DNA of 64,000 nucleotides from Planctomycetota bacterium (GTDB taxonomy: Bacteria > Planctomycetota > PLA2 > JAEUHO01). Every line of letters starts with the position of its first letter. Positions within the stretch are counted from its first letter, which is position 1. The notes under the pieces were generated by a model that was not told the DNA's origin, did not search any database, and saw only the letters and a program-made list of their open reading frames with translations. The translations under genes were made by a program, and so were the position numbers. Shown here one piece after another: positions 56,169-64,000 of this stretch. The DNA lies in NCBI GenBank assembly GCA_050248855.1, contig JBFWRP010000002.1, positions 224,001 to 288,000 on the forward strand. Reading direction: 5' to 3'.

Positions 56169-57700
56169 CGCTTGCCCCCGCTGACCAGCAGGTAGACGCG
56201 GGAACCGCCGAACAGGGCCACGTCGGTGGCGCCGTCGCCGTCGAGATCGCCGAAGCGCGCGGCGGGCTCCAGCGGCCCCTCCACGGGCAGGGGGCCGACG
56301 ATCGTGCGCTCGAACGTCCAGGGCGTGCCGCCCCGTTGCGTCGCGGGCCCCGCGCCGAGGACGGTCACCGTGCCGAGCGTGCCCAGGTCGAGCAGGTCCT
56401 TCTTGCCGTCCCCGTCCAGGTCGGCGCCGAAGAACGCATTGGCCCGGAACCGGTTGCCCAGGGCCTCGGAGCTCGGATAGAGCCGCTCCACGCGCAGGTG
56501 TGGAACCGTCTCGAAGGCCCCGACTTCCTTGTCGAACCGGAAGGCCTCGAGCGTGAGCGGCGGGTCCTTGCCCAGCATGCGTGCAGCCAAGCCCACGAGG
56601 TTGGCGTCGCGGATGGAGTCGCCGATGTAGTCGAGCGCGCCATCGCCATCGAGGTCCTCGAACACGGGATGGAGGACGACGGACGGCGTGTCGATGCGCG
56701 CGCGAGGCGCGCCCAGCTCCGTGCGACCGGGTGCGCGCAGCGGGCCGGGGTACTGGAAGAGGATCGTCTTCAGCGAGCCGAGCTTGTCCGTGCGGCCCGT
56801 GATCAGCGTGACGAGCAAGTCGCTGGCGCCATCTCCATCCACGTCGGCCAGCTGCAGGCGCGGCGTGTGGAGCAGGCCCGGCTGCGCGGCCGGCGCGTCG
56901 AGGAGGAACGGCAGGGGAAGGCGCACCACGGGAGTCCCGCGGTCGCCACCGCCGGGGGCGCACGGGTCGAACCCCAGCAGGTGCCCATCGACCACGGTCA
57001 CGAGCTCGCGCCGACCGTCGCCGTCGAGGTCCGCCGGGACCAGGGCGGGCACCTCGGCCTCGCGCTGCAGCACGGTGTCGGGCTCGCTCCCGGCGCGGTT
57101 CGTGGCCGCCAGCTCGAGCCGTACGTCGTGCTCGTCGCCCGTGCGCACGACGAGGCGCCCTTCGCCTTCGTCGAGCGGGAACCAGCACTCGGCCAGGCCG
57201 TCCCCGTCCAGGTCGGCCGCGCCGTCGTGGAACACGACGCCCTCGCTGGCGTCGCGCGCGAGCAGGGTGGGGCCCGCCGAGGTCACGTTGCGCCGCGCAG
57301 TCCCGTCCGGCGCCACGTCCGTGAACCCTTCCCCGTGGAACACGCGCAGCGTGGCGTCCGGGAAACGCGCGAAGGCCACCGTTCCCGCCTGGGAGAGCGC
57401 TCCGGCGAGCGGCACCTCGGTGCTCGTTCCCGCGCGGAAGAACGTCTTGGGCGTCGGGAACTGGCCCGCCCGGAACGTGACGATGCGGTTGATGCCACCC
57501 GCGTCGGTCAGCAGCACGGCCATCTCGGCCTTGGCGTCGCCTTCGACGTCCGCCAGGCGCACGTCGCGCACGGGCGCACCGAGATCGATGACGTACGCGC
57601 CGGGTGTGCCCGCTGCGGCCGGGGCGCCCGAGGCCAGCGCCACGGCCAGCGCAACGACGAGCAGGCTGTGGACGCGGGTGGCTACGGCGTGGGGCTGCAT
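56165..57700 (-). CDS. Exported FG-GAP/VCBS repeat protein
   Basis: Signal peptide; multiple DLDGDG motifs; ATGA coupling to the next gene. Confidence 0.85.
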   Translation of the reverse strand: MQPHAVATRVHSLLVVALAVALASGAPAAAGTPGAYVIDLGAPVRDVRLADVEGDAKAEMAVLLTDAGGINRIVTFRAGQFPTPKTFFRAGTSTEVPLAGALSQAGTVAFARFPDATLRVFHGEGFTDVAPDGTARRNVTSAGPTLLARDASEGVVFHDGAADLDGDGLAECWFPLDEGEGRLVVRTGDEHDVRLELAATNRAGSEPDTVLQREAEVPALVPADLDGDGRRELVTVVDGHLLGFDPCAPGGGDRGTPVVRLPLPFLLDAPAAQPGLLHTPRLQLADVDGDGASDLLVTLITGRTDKLGSLKTILFQYPGPLRAPGRTELGAPRARIDTPSVVLHPVFEDLDGDGALDYIGDSIRDANLVGLAARMLGKDPPLTLEAFRFDKEVGAFETVPHLRVERLYPSSEALGNRFRANAFFGADLDGDGKKDLLDLGTLGTVTVLGAGPATQRGGTPWTFERTIVGPLPVEGPLEPAARFGDLDGDGATDVALFGGSRVYLLVSGGKR

Positions 57701-57711
57701 GGCTCTGGATC

Positions 57712-58335
57712 CTACCGAGGCGCTGCGCGCCGCATCCACCCGTGGGCGATCAAGTGCTCGCGCAGGGAGCCATCGTGCCCCATCCGGTGGTGCAAGAACG
57801 GCACGCTCGCCGCCGCGGCGGCGCGCGCGTCGAACGCCGTGTCACCCACCATGCCGGCCTCACCGGGGACTACGCCCAAGGCGGTGAGCGCTCGCAGGAC
57901 GAGGTCGGGCGCGGGCTTCTCGCGCACGCCGGGGGACAGTGCGCTCACGAAGTCGGCGAGGTCGTCCAGACCCGCGGCCCGCAGCACGGCGCCCGCAAGA
58001 TCGTCCTGCGTGTTCGTGACGACGGCACGACGCACGCCCGCGCGCCCGAGCTCGCGGAGCACGTCGGCCGCCTCCTCGTCCACGCGCACCTCGTGGAGGT
58101 GCTCCGGCATCGCGCGGGCGAAGGAGGCGCGGACCTGGGCAACGGTCGCGCCGGGGTAGAAGCGGCGGACATCCTCTTCCAGGCCTTGGCCGAACGCATC
58201 GCGCATGTCGGCTTCGGAGATGGGCGGATGCCCGAGCTCCCGCGCGGTGGCGTTCACGACGGCGAGCCAGATGCCGAACGAGTCGACGAGCACGCCGTCC
58301 ATGTCGAACAGGACGGCCGCGGGACGATGGGCCAC
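57712..58335 (-). CDS. HAD family hydrolase (phosphoglycolate phosphatase-like)
   Basis: FDMDGVLVDS, VVTN, KPAPD, MVGDTAFD. Confidence 0.9.
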   Translation of the reverse strand: MAHRPAAVLFDMDGVLVDSFGIWLAVVNATARELGHPPISEADMRDAFGQGLEEDVRRFYPGATVAQVRASFARAMPEHLHEVRVDEEAADVLRELGRAGVRRAVVTNTQDDLAGAVLRAAGLDDLADFVSALSPGVREKPAPDLVLRALTALGVVPGEAGMVGDTAFDARAAAAASVPFLHHRMGHDGSLREHLIAHGWMRRAAPR

Positions 58336-58336
58336 G

Positions 58337-59245
58337 TCAGCCGCGCGCCCGAGCCAAGCGGCGCTCGATCACCTGCTCGTCGGCGTCGAAGTCATGGGCC
58401 TGGACGCGTTCGCGGAAGCCCTCCGGTGCGGCCTCGGCCGGGATAAGGCCCACGACTTCGCTGCCGGCCACTTCGACGCCGGCTTCCTTGGCCTTGGCCG
58501 CGATCACGTCGAAGACGTCGGTCGGGCTCGTCGTGCGATAGTCCACGAGGTTCATCGAGACCTGCACGAGGCGTTGCTCGGGCAGGTCGAAGCCCATGGC
58601 CTTGACGGCGGGCAGGCCGCCGTCCTTCTCGCGGATGGACTTGGCGATCCGCCGGGCCAGCTCGAGATCTCGCGATGCGAGGTTCACGTTGTAGGCGACG
58701 AGGAAGAACCGCGCGCCGACGGCCGTGATGCCGGCCGTCGGGTGCACCGCCGCCTCGCCGAAGTCGGGAAGCCGCCGCGGGTCCACCGCGATCGTGTCGC
58801 GAATGCCCTCGAACTGGCCCCTGCGCACGGCCGCGAGATCGGCCCGCTCGGGCCGCATCGCGGCCTTCGCGTAGAGGTAGGTGGGGACGCGCAGCTCGTT
58901 CCAGATCCGCTCGGCCGCCGTGCGGGCGGCGGCGACGGCGTCGTCCATCGAGCTGCCCGCCAGCGGGATGAAAGGCACGACGTCGGTCGCCCCCATGCGC
59001 GGATGCGCCCCGTGGTGGCGATTGAGGTCGATGCGGTCGCGGGCGGCGCGGACTCCAGCGACAGCGCCGTCGATCACCTGCTGGGCGGTCCCGGCCAGGG
59101 TGATGACCGTCCGGTTGTGGTCGGCGTCGGCGTCCACGCCCAGCGGCGTGGCGCCGGCCGACGCGAACGCATCGGCGATCGCCTCGATCTCGTGCGGCCG
59201 ACGGCCGTCGCTGATGTTGGGAACGCACTCGAGCAGACCGGCCAT
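58337..59245 (-). CDS. ftcD: Glutamate formimidoyltransferase (stand-alone FT domain)
   Basis: ECVPNISDGR, DHNRTV, HPRMGATDVVPF, HPTAG, QVSMNL, SEVVGLIP. Confidence 0.93.
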   Translation of the reverse strand: MAGLLECVPNISDGRRPHEIEAIADAFASAGATPLGVDADADHNRTVITLAGTAQQVIDGAVAGVRAARDRIDLNRHHGAHPRMGATDVVPFIPLAGSSMDDAVAAARTAAERIWNELRVPTYLYAKAAMRPERADLAAVRRGQFEGIRDTIAVDPRRLPDFGEAAVHPTAGITAVGARFFLVAYNVNLASRDLELARRIAKSIREKDGGLPAVKAMGFDLPEQRLVQVSMNLVDYRTTSPTDVFDVIAAKAKEAGVEVAGSEVVGLIPAEAAPEGFRERVQAHDFDADEQVIERRLARARG

Positions 59246-59285
59246 CGTCGGGTTGCCTCGCAGCGGGACTCGCCTCGGGCCGAGG

Positions 59286-60347
59286 CTACCCGGCGCATCC
59301 CACGGCGCCGAGGGCGCGTCCGACGGCCGCGGTCCAGGCGTCCAGGCCTTCGACGATGTCCATCGCGGTGACCACGACGCCCACCGGGACCGCGCCCGCG
59401 GCCCGCCCTGCGGGGGCCAGCTTCATCGCGTCCTTGCGCGTCACGAGCAGTGCACGCGCACCCGTGGCCCGGGCCCGCTGGCGGAGCGCGGCCAGCCGCT
59501 CGGCGGACGCCGGGCGATGGTCGCCAAGCGCCACGTGCCAACGCACCTCGGCCCCGAGGTCCTCCACCGTGGCGCGGAAGGCGCCGGGGGCGCCGATGCC
59601 CGACAGCAGGGCCACGGGCAGCCCGTAGAGGGCCGCAGGATCCGTGTCGGCGAGGCCCTCGATGCGCAGCACGCGCGTGGCGGTGAAGGCCAGGGGCGCT
59701 GCCGTGAAGCGCGCGACCTCCAGCGCGCGCTCCAGGCGCGCTGCGGGCATCAAGCCCTCGGCGCGCGTGATGACGACGAGGTCCGCTCGGGACAGCGCCG
59801 CGGGTGGCTCGCGCAGGCGCCCGCGCGGCAGCAGGTGGGCACGGGCCAGCGGCTCCCGGCCGTCCAGGAGCACGATGTCCAGGTCGCGGCGGACCCGTCG
59901 GTGCTGGAAGCCATCGTCGAGCAGGAGCACGTCGGTGCGCGGGTGGGCGGCGAGCAGCCGGTGCGCGGCGGCGACCCGATCCGCATCCTGCACCTGCGGC
60001 ACGAGGTCGCCCAGGGCCGCGGCAATCTCGCGGCCTTCGTCGTTGAGCGTTTCGCCCGGCTCACGCCGGTAGCCGCGGGCCACGACGCCCGGACGCCGCC
60101 CCCGCCGGAGCAGCTCGTCGGCCAGCATGATGACGAGCGGCGTCTTGCCGGTGCCGCCCGCGGCAAGATTGCCGACCGAGATCACGGGAAGCGGAAGGCG
60201 GACCGTCTCGCGCCAGCCGGCGTCATACAGCTGGCCGCGCACCGCGACGGCCGCGCGGTAGGGAAGCCCCAGCAGGTCCAAGCCGAGGCCGCGTACCGCC
60301 TGGACCAGGCCCGGCGAGCTGGCAACGGGGGCCGGGGTCTCCGCCAT
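59286..60347 (-). CDS. lpxK: Tetraacyldisaccharide 4'-kinase
   Basis: ISVGNLAAGGTGKTP, RGY, LDDGFQH, LLPRGRLRE, TRKDAMK. Confidence 0.95.
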   Translation of the reverse strand: MAETPAPVASSPGLVQAVRGLGLDLLGLPYRAAVAVRGQLYDAGWRETVRLPLPVISVGNLAAGGTGKTPLVIMLADELLRRGRRPGVVARGYRREPGETLNDEGREIAAALGDLVPQVQDADRVAAAHRLLAAHPRTDVLLLDDGFQHRRVRRDLDIVLLDGREPLARAHLLPRGRLREPPAALSRADLVVITRAEGLMPAARLERALEVARFTAAPLAFTATRVLRIEGLADTDPAALYGLPVALLSGIGAPGAFRATVEDLGAEVRWHVALGDHRPASAERLAALRQRARATGARALLVTRKDAMKLAPAGRAAGAVPVGVVVTAMDIVEGLDAWTAAVGRALGAVGCAG

Positions 60348-60397
60348 GGGCCCAAGCGTACGGCGCTCGGCGTGCAGCCCGTCCCTTCGGACACGAC

Positions 60398-60428
60398 GAC
60401 GCCCCCGAAGGAGGCCTCCGGGGGCGTC
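60398..60428 (-). terminator. Hairpin downstream of the LysM gene
   Basis: gacgcccccg...cgggggcgtc inverted repeat; no clear U-tract. Confidence 0.4.
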
Positions 60429-60455
60429 AGGTCGATACCGGGGGCGCGCCCGGAG

Positions 60456-61151
60456 TCAGTTCGGGAGCTTGATCTCCAACCCCGCCGGCAGCTCGGTGAA
60501 GGCGCTGTCGTGCAGGTGGCTGTTGAGCGCGAAGATCGAGGGCCAACGCTCCTTGGTCTTGAAGACGAGACGCGAGATGCGCTCCCACGTGTCGCCACTG
60601 CGCGTGGTGTACGTGCCGCCCGGGCGGGCGCGCGAGTCCGTGTTCACGAGCACGTCGGGGGCGGGCGTGGCGGCGCCCCGAAGGACGTCCTCCTTGGAGG
60701 GCAGCTTGATCACCTGGCCGGCCCGGAGGAACTCGCCGAGGCCCGGGTTGGCGTCCTGGATCGCCTTCACGTAGCGAGTGGAGCCGTACTCACGCTGCGC
60801 GATCAGGCCGAGCGTCTCGCCGGCCTGGACCATGTAGTCGGTGAGGACGGGCGCCGCGGGCACGTCGTCGCGCGGCTCGGGTGCCGGCGGCACGGGAATC
60901 GGGATGGGCAGCGGGTCGGGCCCCTGCAGGCGGATGTGATCGGGCAGGGGCAGCGGACCGCCACCGTCGTCGTCCTGGGGCGGAGGAGGCAGCGGGCCGG
61001 GATCGAGGCGCTCGTCGACGAGGAGCGAGCTGTTGTCGGTGGCCTCGTTGGAGACGTCCGGCCGGTCCGTCCACGTGTGCAGGGCGACCACCAGGATCAT
61101 CACGATGATGACCACGATCACCACGACGGAGAGCTTCTCGAAGTTGCCCAT
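60456..61151 (-). CDS. Membrane-anchored protein with two LysM domains
   Basis: N-terminal TM, Pro-rich linker, YMVQAGETLGLIA...IQDANP and YTTRSGDTWERIS...IFALN. Confidence 0.9.
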   Translation of the reverse strand: MGNFEKLSVVVIVVIIVMILVVALHTWTDRPDVSNEATDNSSLLVDERLDPGPLPPPPQDDDGGGPLPLPDHIRLQGPDPLPIPIPVPPAPEPRDDVPAAPVLTDYMVQAGETLGLIAQREYGSTRYVKAIQDANPGLGEFLRAGQVIKLPSKEDVLRGAATPAPDVLVNTDSRARPGGTYTTRSGDTWERISRLVFKTKERWPSIFALNSHLHDSAFTELPAGLEIKLPN

Positions 61152-61653
61152 GCATCCCTCCTGCCGGGCCCGTCCCGCCCGGTGCAGCTGCTGCGGTCAA
61201 GCGGGCGGCCGTGCCGCCTCGAGCCCTTCGCCGGGCGCCGAGGCCATGGCGCTACGCCGCCTTCTCCTCCGGGTCGGGGATCCGCACGACGCCGCCACCC
61301 TCCTCGGGTGCACGCGGCGACCGGAACCCCGCCCGTGCCGATCCTAGGAGCGCCCGTCGGGATGGCAATGGGCGAGTCGCTACATCTGGTGGAAAAATGC
61401 GTGAGGGGCCCCTAGGGAAGGTAGGGCGCCCCACTTGGTCTCCGGCGGAGCTCGAGGTCGCGGCGGCCGGTGCCCCGGGCCGCGCGGCCCGGTTCCTGCC
61501 GGGATGCAGGGAGGTGCGAGGTAGCGGGGCCCCGCTCCTCTGCGGATACTCGTGGAGGCTTCGTCCGGCCTCCGCGCGGCCCGACGAGCTCCGCCCGGCG
61601 CCTCGCTGCCAGCCTTCGCGCGATCCCGTCCCCTGCGCCTCCGGGAGCTCCCC

Positions 61654-64000
61654 ATGAACCAGCCCGCCACCGCCACGCCCTCGTGGTCCCTCTTTGCCGT
61701 CGCGCTCTTGCTCGCCCTCCTGGTCACCCCGTTCGCCTCCACGGCCTGCGCCGAGGAGCCCGCTACGCCGGCGGCCGAGGGGGGTGGCGAGGGAGACGAC
61801 CCCCCGACCGAGGAGACCGAGGCCGAGCGCAAGGCGCGCGAGGCGGCCGAGGCCAAGGCCAAGGCGGAGAAGGACCTGCTGGAGCAGGAGGCGGCCCAGG
61901 CCGAGAAAGAGGAAAGGGAGCGCCAGAACCCCACGCGCAACGGCCTCCCCCCGCTGGACCCGATCCCGACCGATCCGTCGTGCACGCCCTACGCGGGCGG
62001 GATGATCTTGATCCCGCGCGGCAAGGCCACCATCGGCACCAAGCCCGCCCAGCTGGCGAGCATGCTCGAGGGGCGGCCCAAGGAGCAGGTCGACGTCTTC
62101 CTGTTCGAGCGGCCGCAGACGGTGCGCGACATCGGTCCCTACCTCTACATGCGGACCGAGGTGACGAATGCCCAGTACCTGCAGTTCATGCAGACGTCGA
62201 CCCGCGTCTACGACACCGACAAGGAGCGCACCAACACGATCGCCGGCATCGCGCGTGAGATCTGGAGCGTCGACGAGAAGGAGGCCCGGGGGCCCAAGTA
62301 CCGTGCGCACCGGCAGCTGTACGAGGCGAACAAGGAGGTCATCTGGGCCGCCTTCCAGGCCGCCAAAAAGAACGGCCTGCCCATCTTCGACCAGCTCGTC
62401 AAGCGTCTGCCCAATGGCGACATCGACGAGCACGCCACGTTCCTCGCGATGGTCCACGAGCCGCTTCCCCACGGCACCAAGCTCACCTACACGGCCGTCC
62501 GCCCGCCGGACCACTGGGCGGGCAACACGCCGCCCGACGACGAGCTCGACCACCCCGTGCGTGGCATCAGCTACAACGACGCCGAGCTCTTTGCCGCCTG
62601 GGCGGGCATGCACGTGCAGCTCGAAGAGGAGTTCGAGTACGCCGCACGTGGCCCGGAGGCCCACACCTGGCCGTGGGGCGAAGAGCGCATGACGGACGAG
62701 CGCCGCGCCAACTGGGGCACCAAGATCGTCGGGAGCGACTACGAGGCCAGGACCGTGCCCGTAGGCGAGATCGAAGCCGGCGCCTCGTGGTGCGGCGCCG
62801 TGGACCAGGTCGGAAACGTCGCGGAGTGGACCGGCAGCTGGTTCAAGCGCTACCCCGGCGACGACCAGAAGACGGAGAACTCCTGGCTGGGCGAGTACGT
62901 CAAGGTCATCCGCGGAGGAAGCGCGAAGGACCTCGAGTGGCTCGTGCTGCGCCCGGCGTTCCGCAACTGGCAGGGTGGCGGCAGCCATGCGCCGCCCTAC
63001 CCCAGCAACCGCTTCCCGTGGGTGGGGTTCCGCTGCGCCGCCTACCTCGATCCGGGCCGTGACCACATCGGCCCCATCGACCGGCGCATCACGCGGCGCC
63101 TGAAGGTGCGCTCCTCCTGGCTGGACGAAGATCGCTACCTCGGCGCCGCCACGCGCGACTGGGCGCCTGCGGGCACCATCGCCGAGAACCACGTCCACGT
63201 CCTCGGGCCCTCGTACTCGGTGGTCTTCATCCCGCTCAAGGCCATGTTCTTCGAGGACTCGGTCAAGGAGAACAAGGAGCTCTGGGAGAAGCCGAGCAAG
63301 GCCAACAAGGGCGTCACGCTGAAGAGGAAGTCCGAGTCGGAGTTCTGCTTCCTGCCGGTCGGCGTGCTCCACAGCGACGTCGACTTGGTCGAGCTCGACA
63401 TCATCAAGCCCGAGAGCGAGATGACCGAGGACGAGCTGAAGGACCTCGAGAAGAAGCGCAAGCGCAAGGACGCCTTCAAGCCCCTCACGAAGGGCGGTGG
63501 CGTGGCCCCCGCCGGCACCTACATCGTGGGCTACTGGTACGGCGAGGCCGCCCTGTTCGACGCCTCGATGGACTTGGTCGCCTTCATTCCCAAGATGCTC
63601 GAGCAGCTCATCCAGGTCGACGTCCAGAAGGCCAAGGCGGACAAAGTCCCGCCGTCGTCGCTCATGCTCGACGCCGACCTGGACGAGGGGCGCATCCAGC
63701 ACTGGTTCCCGCTCGGCGGCAAGAAGCCCGATGCCAAGCTGTGGGTCACGCTGGACATCGGTCTGCGCTTCGCCCCGGGTCAGCTGTACGCCAAGTCCAA
63801 GGCGGAGAAGAACCCCTGGGAGCTCTCCACGCCGGCGACGCGGGCCGAGGCCCGGGCAGCGGAGGGCGGCGCCGAGGGCGAGGCCAAGCCCGACGGCGAG
63901 CCGGACAAGCCCGAGGCGGGCGACGACGACGAGGGCGACGTGCCCGACGAGCCCGACGGGTCCACGGACGAGCCGGAGGACGAGCCGGAGGACGAGCCGA
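61654..64000 (+). CDS. Exported SUMF1/FGE-sulfatase-family domain protein (runs off the window)
   Basis: Manual translation: signal peptide (STACA|EE), TEVTNAQY, HPVRGISYNDA, EFEYAARG..WPWG, GNVAEW, RGGS, GFRCA, and an acidic tail. Confidence 0.85.
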   Translation, partial: MNQPATATPSWSLFAVALLLALLVTPFASTACAEEPATPAAEGGGEGDDPPTEETEAERKAREAAEAKAKAEKDLLEQEAAQAEKEERERQNPTRNGLPPLDPIPTDPSCTPYAGGMILIPRGKATIGTKPAQLASMLEGRPKEQVDVFLFERPQTVRDIGPYLYMRTEVTNAQYLQFMQTSTRVYDTDKERTNTIAGIAREIWSVDEKEARGPKYRAHRQLYEANKEVIWAAFQAAKKNGLPIFDQLVKRLPNGDIDEHATFLAMVHEPLPHGTKLTYTAVRPPDHWAGNTPPDDELDHPVRGISYNDAELFAAWAGMHVQLEEEFEYAARGPEAHTWPWGEERMTDERRANWGTKIVGSDYEARTVPVGEIEAGASWCGAVDQVGNVAEWTGSWFKRYPGDDQKTENSWLGEYVKVIRGGSAKDLEWLVLRPAFRNWQGGGSHAPPYPSNRFPWVGFRCAAYLDPGRDHIGPIDRRITRRLKVRSSWLDEDRYLGAATRDWAPAGTIAENHVHVLGPSYSVVFIPLKAMFFEDSVKENKELWEKPSKANKGVTLKRKSESEFCFLPVGVLHSDVDLVELDIIKPESEMTEDELKDLEKKRKRKDAFKPLTKGGGVAPAGTYIVGYWYGEAALFDASMDLVAFIPKMLEQLIQVDVQKAKADKVPPSSLMLDADLDEGRIQHWFPLGGKKPDAKLWVTLDIGLRFAPGQLYAKSKAEKNPWELSTPATRAEARAAEGGAEGEAKPDGEPDKPEAGDDDEGDVPDEPDGSTDEPEDEPEDEP

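Noticed and set aside
61376..61392. NrdR-box-like motif cgctacatctggtg
   Set aside because: Single copy, and the flanking genes (LysM, FGE-family) are unrelated to ribonucleotide reduction; cannot be supported.
61654..64000. FGE/CLec-fold protein as a diversity-generating retroelement target
   Set aside because: No reverse transcriptase and no template/variable repeat pair in the window.

Overview
Very GC-rich bacterial DNA. The host is Gram-negative (lpxK) and plausibly Planctomycetota-like, inferred only from the kinase, HEAT, FG-GAP and FGE-family gene content. About 45 CDS can be supported: a CHASE2 adenylate cyclase with an SH3-M48 peptidase, AKR, LemA/DUF2207, a lysine-catabolism pair, a tandem-kinase/ATPase/TPR protein, a Cys-rich secreted repeat protein, a near-complete classical menaquinone cluster (menF-D-H-[GT4]-B-A-C/E fusion plus a thioesterase), type-2 ileS, acs, acyl-CoA dehydrogenase, an SSS symporter with a small partner, a heterodimeric ABC exporter, an orphan gspK, two FG-GAP proteins, HAD, ftcD, lpxK, LysM and an FGE-family protein. 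No rRNA, tRNA, CRISPR or transposase was seen. The strongest unexplained signals are non-coding. (1) A family of GTAC-bounded ~98-bp palindromic elements keeps its length and termini, and in the two intact copies the loop motif, while the arm sequences differ; one copy has matching empty sites within the window, and all sit in a mosaic of intergenic repeat modules. (2) A candidate sigma54-driven ~135-nt sRNA at ~53181-53317 has a closing stem, a C/A-rich loop and a UUCG terminator. Start codons were chosen by eye and are approximate.
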